From contig JAEOUH010000022.1 in assembly GCA_016839365.1 (NCBI GenBank), forward strand, positions 1-54,340: DNA of 54,340 nt, read 5' to 3'. Both the position numbers and the translations under genes were made by a program. This document shows positions 39,581 to 48,087 of this stretch, piece by piece (position 1 is the stretch's first letter; the number at the start of each line of letters is the position of its first letter). The DNA comes from Candidatus Hermodarchaeota archaeon. Its GTDB lineage: Archaea > Asgardarchaeota > Hermodarchaeia > Hermodarchaeales > Hermodarchaeaceae. Under the pieces are notes generated by a model. The model ran no database searches. It was not told the origin of the DNA and was given only the letters and a program-made list of their open reading frames with translations.

Positions 39581-40417
39581 TTGTTTATTGATCAATTCTT
39601 TGCCTGGTTACAGGCTGTAGATGCGTGGATTGAAGGCCTCATGTGGCTCCTAATCTCATGGGTCCATGCCTTAGGTCCTCTTGGCGTCTTCATCGGTGTA
39701 ATGATTGAGACCTTTATCGCACCGATTCCTTCACCCTTAGTTCCAATGGCAGCGGGAGCCATTCTAACCATTGGGTTAGATCCGGTGCAAGCGCTTCTTG
39801 TCATCCTGTTTAGCGTCATGTTTGTTGGAGCCCTTGCAGCTACTATTGGATCGTTCTTTGCCTATGGCATCGCTTACTTTGGTGGCTACCCCATCATTGA
39901 ACGATATGGCAAATATCTTGGGACTTCAATTGAGGAAATTGAATATACACGACAAAGTTTGGAGAAGTCTTCACGGGATGAAATCTTCTTATTCACTGCC
40001 CGTGCGATCCCAGTTATTCCCCTCTCAGTAGTCTCGTTATTGTATGGAGCCATTCGATCGGATCCAAAACGTTATACCCTCCTCACGTTCTTGGGTTGCT
40101 TACCGCGGTATCTAATTCTGGGCATCTCGGGGTGGCTCTTAGGATTAGTTTTACTCAATATCATTGATTTCTTCGAAACGGTTATCCTGGCATTTCTCCT
40201 CATCTTCTTTGTCGGTTATGTGCTTTACCGGATTGTTATCCGCCGGCGATCAAAAAAGATACAGGCAGCGATAAAAAAGAAAGCACCAGAGTCAGACAAT
40301 CAAACTAGCCTTCAGAGTGGGGATCACCCACAACAGCTGGTCGTAACTCGAAGAAAAACATCACCTTACAGCCCTGTCTTTGGAGATCAGCTTGGAGAGC
40401 TGCAGCACGACCCTTAG
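39581..40417 (+). CDS. DedA/VTT (SNARE-associated) membrane protein
   Basis: ETFIAPIPS, GSFFAYGIA, RAIPVIP. Confidence 0.85.
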   Translation: MFIDQFFAWLQAVDAWIEGLMWLLISWVHALGPLGVFIGVMIETFIAPIPSPLVPMAAGAILTIGLDPVQALLVILFSVMFVGALAATIGSFFAYGIAYFGGYPIIERYGKYLGTSIEEIEYTRQSLEKSSRDEIFLFTARAIPVIPLSVVSLLYGAIRSDPKRYTLLTFLGCLPRYLILGISGWLLGLVLLNIIDFFETVILAFLLIFFVGYVLYRIVIRRRSKKIQAAIKKKAPESDNQTSLQSGDHPQQLVVTRRKTSPYSPVFGDQLGELQHDP

Positions 40418-40589
40418 CGTCGTGAATGGATTCATATAATGGTGAAACACAGATCGGTGTGGTCTCTCCTTCAGGAGTGATACATCTGAAATCCTCGGGA
40501 ACCTTTGCAGGGGCAGGTAACCGCGAGGATACTCGGAACTTTCCATCGAGAATACTGAGCCAAATTTCAGGATACTTACACTCTGTCAT
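40305..40589 (-). CDS. Possible small hypothetical protein overlapping the DedA tail
   Basis: 94-aa globular-looking ORF filling an otherwise empty gap; overlaps DedA by 113 nt on the opposite strand. Confidence 0.4.
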   Translation of the reverse strand: MTECKYPEIWLSILDGKFRVSSRLPAPAKVPEDFRCITPEGETTPICVSPLYESIHDAKGRAAALQADLQRQGCKVMFFFELRPAVVGDPHSEG

Positions 40590-40684
40590 AAGCGCCACAA
40601 GCAAGCAAAGTAAGTAAGAACTAATAAGCCTGAGTAATTGTTAATGGTTTCGGAACAAAGAGAATAACTAGGTTGGTGTTGTGA

Positions 40685-41341
40685 TTGACGCATCAAATTG
40701 TGGGTGTCGATGAAGCAGGTCGAGGTCCTGTCATCGGACCCCTAGTGATTGCTGGAGTTGTAATAATTTCGTCCCAAGAAGATACTCTTATTGAATGGGG
40801 GATTCGGGATTCAAAGACGTTAAGCTCTCGTCGCCGTGAATTGCTTGCGCAGCGGGTTTATAACCTCGCCAATAGAGTCGAAGTGCTAGAGATTAGTGCA
40901 AAGGAAATTGACGCTGAACGAAAAAAGAAGCGTAGTTTGAACGTCTTAGAGGCAGAATGGATGGCGAAGGTTTTGAACAAACTCAAATGGGATGTTGCAT
41001 ATGTAGATGCCTCGGATGTGAATGCTGAACGTTATGGGCGAATTATTTTTTCACAGTTAACCACACCGAGAAAGATCGTCAGCGAACACAAAGCTGATTC
41101 AACATACCCTATCGTTGCCGCAGCCTCAATTATCGCAAAGGTTCGCCGCGACCAGCGGATACGCGAATTCCATCAAAAGTATGGAGACTTTGGTAGCGGC
41201 TATCCAAATGATCCCAAGACAAGACGATTCCTTGTTGGTTGGATTCGAAAGAATAGCGAGTTTCCTGAAATCGTACGAAAATCGTGGGAAACGGCACGTG
41301 AAATCAGTGCCACAAATCGTCAAGGATCCCTTACTGATTGA
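40685..41341 (+). CDS. rnhB: Ribonuclease HII
   Basis: GVDEAGRGPVIGP, DSK, EHKAD, AAASIIAKVRRD, GSGYP. Confidence 0.96.
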   Translation: MTHQIVGVDEAGRGPVIGPLVIAGVVIISSQEDTLIEWGIRDSKTLSSRRRELLAQRVYNLANRVEVLEISAKEIDAERKKKRSLNVLEAEWMAKVLNKLKWDVAYVDASDVNAERYGRIIFSQLTTPRKIVSEHKADSTYPIVAAASIIAKVRRDQRIREFHQKYGDFGSGYPNDPKTRRFLVGWIRKNSEFPEIVRKSWETAREISATNRQGSLTD

Positions 41342-41384
41342 AGAGCTGTGGATTGAGAATCTAGGTAGCTTTCGCTTATTTTTC

Positions 41385-42875
41385 CTACTTCTTTTCTTTC
41401 TCTTCTTTTTTCTTCTGCTTCTCTTCTTCCTTCCGCTGCTTCTCTTCCTCTTTCAGCCGCTTCTCCTCAGCCTTCCGCGCCTCTTCCTCTTCCTTCTGCT
41501 TCTGCTTCTCCTCAGCCTTCAAACGCTTCTCCTCAGCCTTCAAACGCTTCTCCTCAGCCTTCAAACGCTTCTCCTCAGCCTTCCGCGCCTTCTCTTCTTC
41601 CTTCTGGATCCGCTTCGCTTCTTTCTCATCAACTTCAAGTAACTCAGTGGTTTCTGGAGCTTCTGTCTCAGCAAGTTCAGGAGGTGGAGTCATTTCCGTT
41701 TCCATCTCGGGAAGTTCTTCTTCACCCTCTTCCTTCTTCCGTTTCTTGCGTTCCTTCATCTTCTCACGCATACGCATGTACATCTCACTGAGAAGTTCAA
41801 GATGCCGTTTCGCGATATCTGGATGAATGTCCTTGGCCTCTAAGCGTTCCTGGATACGGAGTACCAGAAACTCAGGGAAAAAGGACTCAAAGTGCACATC
41901 AGCAATTAACATAATCAGGGGGTCATCGTTGGCTGACACCTCAACAGTATCCTCACCCATCTTCGTAATCACTTGCACCTGCTCTAATCGACGCAATACA
42001 TTATCTAGCGATGCTTCCTTCTCAACGACACCAACCAGCTCGGATTTATGTGCGATTTTCCGTCGTAGGGTCTTGGTTACATCATAGATATCAGGATCAA
42101 GCAGCAGCTGGCCAATCATAATCGTATCTTCTTCAGTCCACTGATACTCCTCGAAAAAGCCCTTCACTCGTGTCTCATATTCGGCATACTGTTGTTTGTT
42201 CAAACCGCCACTCTTGGCTAATTTTAGTGATTGTTCAGGTGGAAACCGTGCCCCGAGTAAGTCATTGACTAAAAAGACACAGTTATCAGACACAGCGTTA
42301 ATCCAATCCTCTTCTACTAGCCCACTACGCAATAAGGACAATGTTACCAGACCTAAGTCTGGATAGTGCTTCCCGGTCTGCAGCTCAAGCCATTCTCGTA
42401 ACTCCTCGGCTGAAATCCCACCCCTAGCCAACTTGTGCATGAGTAATCGGGTCTCCTGATCCACGAAGACTTTGGCAAGCCGCTGCTCCACCGACAGCTC
42501 CACCATCCGCTTCAGCTTCTCAAATACTTCACCCAAATACTCCACAAACTCGGGCTCACCAATATTCTCCACAATCTCACTTGACGCAAGCGTCAACCCC
42601 TCCTCATACGCACGTGGCTCCTCATCCAGCTCCATAAACAACATAATACAGAACTGATCACGGCCTCGAAGAATCCCGGTGTAAAAACTACTCACCGCCA
42701 GATTCGTTCCTTCAAGCGTCATCGTGAGAAACCCAGCCTCGGGTTTACCCATCGCATGGGCAGTGAATACTCGCAACATATCATCTTCAGAAACTTCAAG
42801 ATTGCGAGGGTACACCCCAACGATACGAAGTCCGACCTTGTCGTCCCACCTGCATATGCTTAGACCTTTTGGCAT
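41385..42875 (-). CDS. uDENN/NPRL2-like longin protein with winged-helix repeats and K/E-rich tail
   Basis: N-terminal CRWDDKVGLRIVGVYP resembles the uDENN/NPRL2 beta-hairpin; wHTH-like GISAEELREWL..LLRSGLV; ATG at 42875. Confidence 0.6.
   Translation of the reverse strand: MPKGLSICRWDDKVGLRIVGVYPRNLEVSEDDMLRVFTAHAMGKPEAGFLTMTLEGTNLAVSSFYTGILRGRDQFCIMLFMELDEEPRAYEEGLTLASSEIVENIGEPEFVEYLGEVFEKLKRMVELSVEQRLAKVFVDQETRLLMHKLARGGISAEELREWLELQTGKHYPDLGLVTLSLLRSGLVEEDWINAVSDNCVFLVNDLLGARFPPEQSLKLAKSGGLNKQQYAEYETRVKGFFEEYQWTEEDTIMIGQLLLDPDIYDVTKTLRRKIAHKSELVGVVEKEASLDNVLRRLEQVQVITKMGEDTVEVSANDDPLIMLIADVHFESFFPEFLVLRIQERLEAKDIHPDIAKRHLELLSEMYMRMREKMKERKKRKKEEGEEELPEMETEMTPPPELAETEAPETTELLEVDEKEAKRIQKEEEKARKAEEKRLKAEEKRLKAEEKRLKAEEKQKQKEEEEARKAEEKRLKEEEKQRKEEEKQKKKEEKEKK
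41504..41583. repeat. 21-bp tandem repeat, about 3.8 copies, encoding KAEEKRL on the minus strand
   Basis: GCTTCTCCTCAGCCTTCAAAC three times plus a 17-nt partial copy. Confidence 0.95.
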
Positions 42876-42926
42876 ACTTTCAAACTCCCGTTTATTCAAA
42901 TAGGTTCTGTAGCTATGGGTTTTAAA

Positions 42927-42949
42927 GTGACCCGTTAACACTCGGTTTT
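42927..42949. promoter_or_regulatory. Shared motif GTGACCCGTT-N5-TCGGTTTT (copy 2)
   Basis: Near-identical to 22943..22964; directly precedes a TTTAAAA box on the minus strand. Confidence 0.4.
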
Positions 42950-43060
42950 GACTATCTGGATTCCCGTATTTAACTTGTTTGTCGGTTCCGGAATTCCGAG
43001 GTTTCAAGTTGTAGCTTTCTGCAATTTTTCGCAAGAATAATGAGGATTTTTGAGTTTTCG

Positions 43061-43930
43061 CTAGTCTGTGGTTGCTTCTGCCACAGCACCGAGAATGATT
43101 TTGTAAAGGATTTCACGGTAGCGGGGATCGATGGCGACTAATCCGTAGGCTTGCACTCCGAGGATGCGTTGAACGAGTTTAGGGGCGAGGGCACCGGGAA
43201 GGTCTTGTTTGTTGGCGATGGACCAGACTATGGAAGATGGAGAGTTTTTGCGGACGATTTCGAGGATGTCGCGGGTTTCGAGGACGTTTTTGAGGGTGGA
43301 GTCGGTGACGAGTAAGACGGCGTCGGCGTTGCGGAGGTAGTAGTTCCAGAGGCTGCGGAAGCGGTCTTGGCCAGCAAAATCCCAGACGGCGAGTTCGTAG
43401 GGACCGAAGCGGACGCCCTGGAGTGTTTCGATGTCAACGGCGATGGTGGGGTAGTAGTCGCCGGGGATGCTGTCGGCGGTGAGAAGTTTGAGCATGGTGG
43501 ATTTGCCGACCCCGCCTTGGCCGAGGAGGCAGATTTTGAGCATGGTGACAATGACATTGTCAAGTTCGGTCGCAAAGCCTTTGAAGGCTTCGCCAAGGGG
43601 GACGGGTTTTTGGATATAGGCGTCAATTTCGTGGTTGAATTTGGTAATAAGGAGTTCCTGGGTTTTTTTGAGTGTGCCTTTGATTTTTTCATCTTCGTCA
43701 CTCATGTCGACGGCAAAAACAAGGAGGAGATGGGTGCCGGCTTCTTGGTAGATGAACTTGATGTTTTTGACATGGATAGGGAGATCGACTTTGCTGCCAA
43801 GTTCGGATTCGAAGTGTTTGTAGGTGGCAAGGAATTCCTGTCGTTCTTCGGAGGTGATTTCCACTGACCAGTATTGGCGGTGGAAGGCAAGGCGGCCGTC
43901 GCGGGTCATGATGAAGATGTTGTGAATCAT
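43061..43930 (-). CDS. Longin domain - Arf-like small GTPase fusion
   Basis: MIHNIFIMTRDGRL longin start; GQGGVGKST, PTI, WDFAGQDRFRSLWNYY, NKQDL; ATG at 43930. Confidence 0.88.
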   Translation of the reverse strand: MIHNIFIMTRDGRLAFHRQYWSVEITSEERQEFLATYKHFESELGSKVDLPIHVKNIKFIYQEAGTHLLLVFAVDMSDEDEKIKGTLKKTQELLITKFNHEIDAYIQKPVPLGEAFKGFATELDNVIVTMLKICLLGQGGVGKSTMLKLLTADSIPGDYYPTIAVDIETLQGVRFGPYELAVWDFAGQDRFRSLWNYYLRNADAVLLVTDSTLKNVLETRDILEIVRKNSPSSIVWSIANKQDLPGALAPKLVQRILGVQAYGLVAIDPRYREILYKIILGAVAEATTD

Positions 43931-43952
43931 CGAATGGTGTTTCTCCTTTTGG

Positions 43953-44972
43953 TTATTCGGCACGGGTGATGGCTTTTTCTTGAGGTGTAGCGCGTCGCCG
44001 TCGTTGTTTGTATTGGGGGAGCTTTTTTTCATCCGAACTCAGGAGGTTGCGGAGCTCCCGGTAGTTGCGACGCAGTGATGTACGTGAACAACCCACAAGT
44101 TCGATTATATCGTTTTCGGGTATAGAATCCCCGGTTTGTTTTGCACTGTAGTAGGCAATGGAAGCGGCGATGATTGGTCGTGGATGCCCTTGGAAGAGAC
44201 CTTCTTGCCCGACATATTCAACGATGTTGTGGGCGTATTCTTCAGTTTCTGGTTTCACCTCCAAGATTGCGAACAGGCGATCGAGGATTGCATGAACTGG
44301 CTCAGTCCAGACACCTGGTTTTGCTTCTTTAAACTTCTGTCGCTCTTGATCGTAGTCTTCGAGGATGCGTTGGATTCCAGCACGGACCAACTGGCGAGCG
44401 TTTGCGAGTTGGTTTTGGCGTTGTCGTCGAATATAACGGGGACATTGGGGGTATCCGGGCATGTCATAGATTGTTAAATAGCATTGTTTCTTAACCACGC
44501 GGCAGAAGGAGGTCATTTTATCGGTCTTAATTGGTCGTTCATAGACGTAGGGACACAGCGATTGGTCGCGTGACCCACCACGACGCTCAATTTTTCTGTA
44601 GCTATCCGAAAGAATTTGCCGATACCGCCGTTTTCTATTTGAAGGGTTCCCGCTTGTTTTTGTTATTCGCTGCAATGTCCTGAGGAGAATTTCCTCATAG
44701 GCGGAGCCCTCTTCTTCAGCCGTAAGAAGCACGAAGAGACAGATATCGTCTTCAACACCATCTAGCAAGAGACGTGTGCAAGCAACTGCTGCACGTTCCT
44801 TAACCTCTTTTGTGGGAAAAACTTGAAAGGTGGTTCCCAAGTCCTGTGGAGCACTGCCATAATACATCATGGACATGTCGCTGACCTGAAAGTCCAAGGA
44901 ACCAGGATACTTGGAGAGTATCTTCAGTCCTTCTTTGGTGTCCCACTGACTAACAACCAGGCCCCGAGGAAT
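43953..44972 (-). CDS. uDENN/longin-like + Cys4 + TFB (TFIIB) C-terminal cyclin-fold fusion; probable ATT start
   Basis: Frame is open upstream of the track start: IPRGLVVSQWDTKEGLKILSKYP; Cys cluster CPY..C..C..CPRY; C-terminal GLFQGHPRPIIAASIAYY..VGCSRTSLRRNYREL. Confidence 0.7.
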   Translation of the reverse strand: MPRGLVVSQWDTKEGLKILSKYPGSLDFQVSDMSMMYYGSAPQDLGTTFQVFPTKEVKERAAVACTRLLLDGVEDDICLFVLLTAEEEGSAYEEILLRTLQRITKTSGNPSNRKRRYRQILSDSYRKIERRGGSRDQSLCPYVYERPIKTDKMTSFCRVVKKQCYLTIYDMPGYPQCPRYIRRQRQNQLANARQLVRAGIQRILEDYDQERQKFKEAKPGVWTEPVHAILDRLFAILEVKPETEEYAHNIVEYVGQEGLFQGHPRPIIAASIAYYSAKQTGDSIPENDIIELVGCSRTSLRRNYRELRNLLSSDEKKLPQYKQRRRRATPQEKAITRAE

Positions 44973-45122
44973 GATGAGTCACCTTTCATTACAGACAGAG
45001 CTGTAGTTTACGAACTTGTCGATTGGCTTAAGTCAAGTTTGGAAACGCCACAGAAAAAGGTTTTTGCATATCTGAAGGTTCCGTAAATTCATTCCGAGAT
45101 ACTGAAACCACTATAAAACACA

Positions 45123-46289
45123 CTACGGGGTTCTACGCTTCCAAAGCAGAAATACTAAAACGACAGAAATACCCAGAATCGTGACTCCCAACATGAAAGG
45201 GAATAGCTGGTCCCACATCGATGCAGGAAGCCTAATTGGATCACCAATGATTGCCGGGTAGATGAACTCATCGAAATATGCATAGTATTCCTCGGAGCCA
45301 TAGGGGGCGGCACCAAAAGCAAGAACAATATCTTCTTGGGGAAGTACAAAAACCCGCATACCCCCTGCACCCCTCATTGAATAACCGGAGATGGGAATAT
45401 CAATCCACCATTGATAGCCATACCCTTCCCCATAGCTAAAGACAAAGTGGGGAATTGTGCACTCCACAATCCATTCATCGGGGAGAAGTTGTGAGGCCCC
45501 CCATGTGCCGTTATTCAGATACAGAAAAGCGATTTTTGCCAAGTCACGTAAGCTCAAGCTCAGACCCGCCATACCTGTCGTGACTCCTTGCGGATCATCA
45601 CCCCATTCGTATGTTGAAATGCCCATGGGTGTGAACAGTCGATTATGCACAAGGGTTTCCATTGACAACCCTGTTGTTTCCGTAATAATTGCCGATAAGA
45701 GATGGCTGCAGCCACCATTGTAATTCCAGAAGTCACCGGGCTCATTCGACATGGGTGAATCGAGGAGATATTGGACCCAATCAGGTTTTGTCCCCAGTCC
45801 AAAATCACTGCGTTCCAAACCAGAGGACATGGTAAGAAGATGCCATATTGACATGGTGGATTTCCAGGGATCCGGGTTTTGAATTGTTCGATTTGGAAAG
45901 TAATCAAGAACGGAATCGTTAACACTGGCCACTAATCCATCTGCTAGAGCTAGCCCAAAGGCAGCAGCTGAGACACTCTTTGTGCAGGAATAAATGCGCC
46001 AGAGGTGATTTGGACTTATTCCCGGGGCGTATGCCTCAAATAGAATATATCCGTTGCGAATGAGAAGGAAACCTTGCACGTTGTCAGTGGAAGATATTGT
46101 GTGCCAGAATGCTTGTAGCAGGGTAGTATTCATTCCTTGTACTTCAGGTTGAACACCGCGCCAACCCGTTGTGGGCCAATAATCTCTTTGGAAATCTGTA
46201 TTGTGTAGGACGCTTGGTTCTGCGCTGATGGCTAGGGGAGTCAAGAGTAGGAAGGTAAACAACAAGAACCATTTTGATTGGAGAACCAT
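45123..46289 (-). CDS. Membrane-anchored serine hydrolase (AmpC/beta-lactamase-like)
   Basis: Signal peptide, SCTK (SxxK), HLLTMSSG, YGYQWW, C-terminal TM + KRR. Confidence 0.88.
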   Translation of the reverse strand: MVLQSKWFLLFTFLLLTPLAISAEPSVLHNTDFQRDYWPTTGWRGVQPEVQGMNTTLLQAFWHTISSTDNVQGFLLIRNGYILFEAYAPGISPNHLWRIYSCTKSVSAAAFGLALADGLVASVNDSVLDYFPNRTIQNPDPWKSTMSIWHLLTMSSGLERSDFGLGTKPDWVQYLLDSPMSNEPGDFWNYNGGCSHLLSAIITETTGLSMETLVHNRLFTPMGISTYEWGDDPQGVTTGMAGLSLSLRDLAKIAFLYLNNGTWGASQLLPDEWIVECTIPHFVFSYGEGYGYQWWIDIPISGYSMRGAGGMRVFVLPQEDIVLAFGAAPYGSEEYYAYFDEFIYPAIIGDPIRLPASMWDQLFPFMLGVTILGISVVLVFLLWKRRTP

Positions 46290-46342
46290 TATTGAATCCG
46301 ACCAAAGGGTGAATGACTATTCGATTTTTGGTATTTTTCTAT

Positions 46343-47329
46343 TTATGGACAACGTATGGCTATTTGCCATCGTTTCCGTGTTCGAAGATCAATGGCAAGC
46401 AGTACAACAAAGAGTACCACAAAGCTACCTCCAATTAGGGCTAGAATTCCCATGTACAGTTCGAGGGGCATTCCGGGAGAAGTGTTAACGAGCCAACTAG
46501 ATACTTTGTACATCAGATTCCATTCAGAATCAGGATCTTGGAGATTCTGGTATGTGGGCCAGTGGGTAATGTGATCTTGGCTCAGCCCATCTCGATCGTT
46601 TCCTTCTTCGAACTCAGTGTGTGGGCTAGACAACATCACAGTTCCTTGTCCATATCGGAAGGCAATCACCCCGAGTAATTCAGTATCAGCATAGGACAGT
46701 ATTGGGATAATGTTGGTATTGTCGTGGAATTCGAAGTAGGATGCCCCCGAGGTGAAGACCATATAGGAAGGTGGTTCTTCTGAGAGGTCTGGACCAGTGA
46801 ACGCTTGGTTCACGCGCATCTCTGTAATTTTAAGTTCACCAGTATGATGATCATGACATTGAACGCCTGAAGGACCAACATAATGCAAAGTGGCATCAAT
46901 TATTCCTAAACTGGTGACAACAAATACCGTGCCGTGGCAGACACTGAACAAAGATCCACCAGTGGCTAAGAATTGTCGGATACGTTCCTTTCCCAATGGT
47001 GCTAATTCGCGTTGATAGGCGCTAGGGGCGAATGCCGGTAAGACGAGAAGATCGAAATAGCGTAGGGCACCCTGCTGGATGGCAGTACCATTGAGATGTT
47101 CTACCGTGGCATTCATCCACCGGAACATATGCGAACAAGCCGTGAAGCTATAGTTGTCATTCCGTTGCACATCATAGATAGCTACACGCGCCTGAGTCAT
47201 ATCAGGAGAAGATTGGGCCAAGGTGTCACTAGAATCAAACGGCAATACTGAGGGAGCAACAGCCACCATCAGCAGAAGAAAGAGTAGTAAAGTGCTTTTC
47301 CTTAGTAGCCACGGAATATAACTTGGCAA
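46343..47329 (-). CDS. Membrane-anchored BPL_N / class I glutamine amidotransferase-like protein
   Basis: IRQFLATGGSLFSVCHG (Cys), SPHTE (His-Glu), signal peptide, C-terminal TM. Confidence 0.75.
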   Translation of the reverse strand: MPSYIPWLLRKSTLLLFLLLMVAVAPSVLPFDSSDTLAQSSPDMTQARVAIYDVQRNDNYSFTACSHMFRWMNATVEHLNGTAIQQGALRYFDLLVLPAFAPSAYQRELAPLGKERIRQFLATGGSLFSVCHGTVFVVTSLGIIDATLHYVGPSGVQCHDHHTGELKITEMRVNQAFTGPDLSEEPPSYMVFTSGASYFEFHDNTNIIPILSYADTELLGVIAFRYGQGTVMLSSPHTEFEEGNDRDGLSQDHITHWPTYQNLQDPDSEWNLMYKVSSWLVNTSPGMPLELYMGILALIGGSFVVLFVVLLAIDLRTRKRWQIAIRCP

Positions 47330-47488
47330 TGTTCAAAATCTCCTTGAAGTAGTCTTATGAAAAAAACCGTAGAAGGGTGATTTATGGTCTTGGATACCGG
47401 CTAGGGAGAAAATTCTGAAAACAAACCTAGCTATTGCATCTTTTATGAACCTAATAATTCAGAAAACGACAGTTTCCATCATATTGGT

Positions 47489-48064
47489 TTAGCAGAGGAA
47501 TTCGGATTTTAAGAGGCCAAAAAAGACAAGACCGTAACGGGATCCGTTTTCAATTCGTGCTTCCCGAAAATGACCCTCTCGTTTAAACCCAAGTCGTTCG
47601 GCGAGTTTGATGCTTCGCAAATTTGTATCGCGTGTAATCACGATAACTTTGTGAGCTTGTAAATTGTTGAAGAGGAATGTTAGAGAACGGTTTGCGGCTT
47701 CGGTAGCCAAGCCTTTTCCGAGAACTCCTGCATCAAGGAACCAACCAAGTTCAAAGGAAGGTACATTCCATTGATTCGGCTCGATCCAAATCTCACCAAT
47801 ATAGAGGGAATCTTTCTTCCTCCAGATACCCATGACAAATCTTTTCCTATCCTCCCACTCCTCAGCGTGTTGGCGAACCTTGACCTCTGCGGCATCAATG
47901 TCTTTGATTTTCGCAACCTCTTCCACATTCGGGAGGAGAAACTGCCGATTGTTATTCCTTTCCAGTAAAGCAAGGAGCGCTTTTCCATCTCCCGCTTTAT
48001 ATTTCCTGACAAGGAGCCTGCCTGTTTCTAAGGACTCAGAAAGCTTCGGATATGCCGGATCCAT
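47489..48064 (-). CDS. GNAT N-acetyltransferase, RimJ/RimL family
   Basis: LETGRLLVR, ELGWFL..GKGLATEA, NLRSIKLAERLGFKREG. Confidence 0.9.
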   Translation of the reverse strand: MDPAYPKLSESLETGRLLVRKYKAGDGKALLALLERNNNRQFLLPNVEEVAKIKDIDAAEVKVRQHAEEWEDRKRFVMGIWRKKDSLYIGEIWIEPNQWNVPSFELGWFLDAGVLGKGLATEAANRSLTFLFNNLQAHKVIVITRDTNLRSIKLAERLGFKREGHFREARIENGSRYGLVFFGLLKSEFLC

Positions 48065-48087
48065 TAATCATCCCTGGCAAAAGGTGA

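Noticed and set aside
41504-41583. Direct repeats as a possible CRISPR array
   Set aside because: No spacers, in-frame coding heptads, and no cas genes.
41115-41642. 175-aa Leu/Phe-rich plus-strand ORF
   Set aside because: Antisense shadow of the K/E-rich repeat tail; also overlaps rnhB.
43228-43867. Long alternative-frame ORFs over the Arf gene
   Set aside because: Explained by the extreme C-ending codon bias, which removes stops; no protein motifs.
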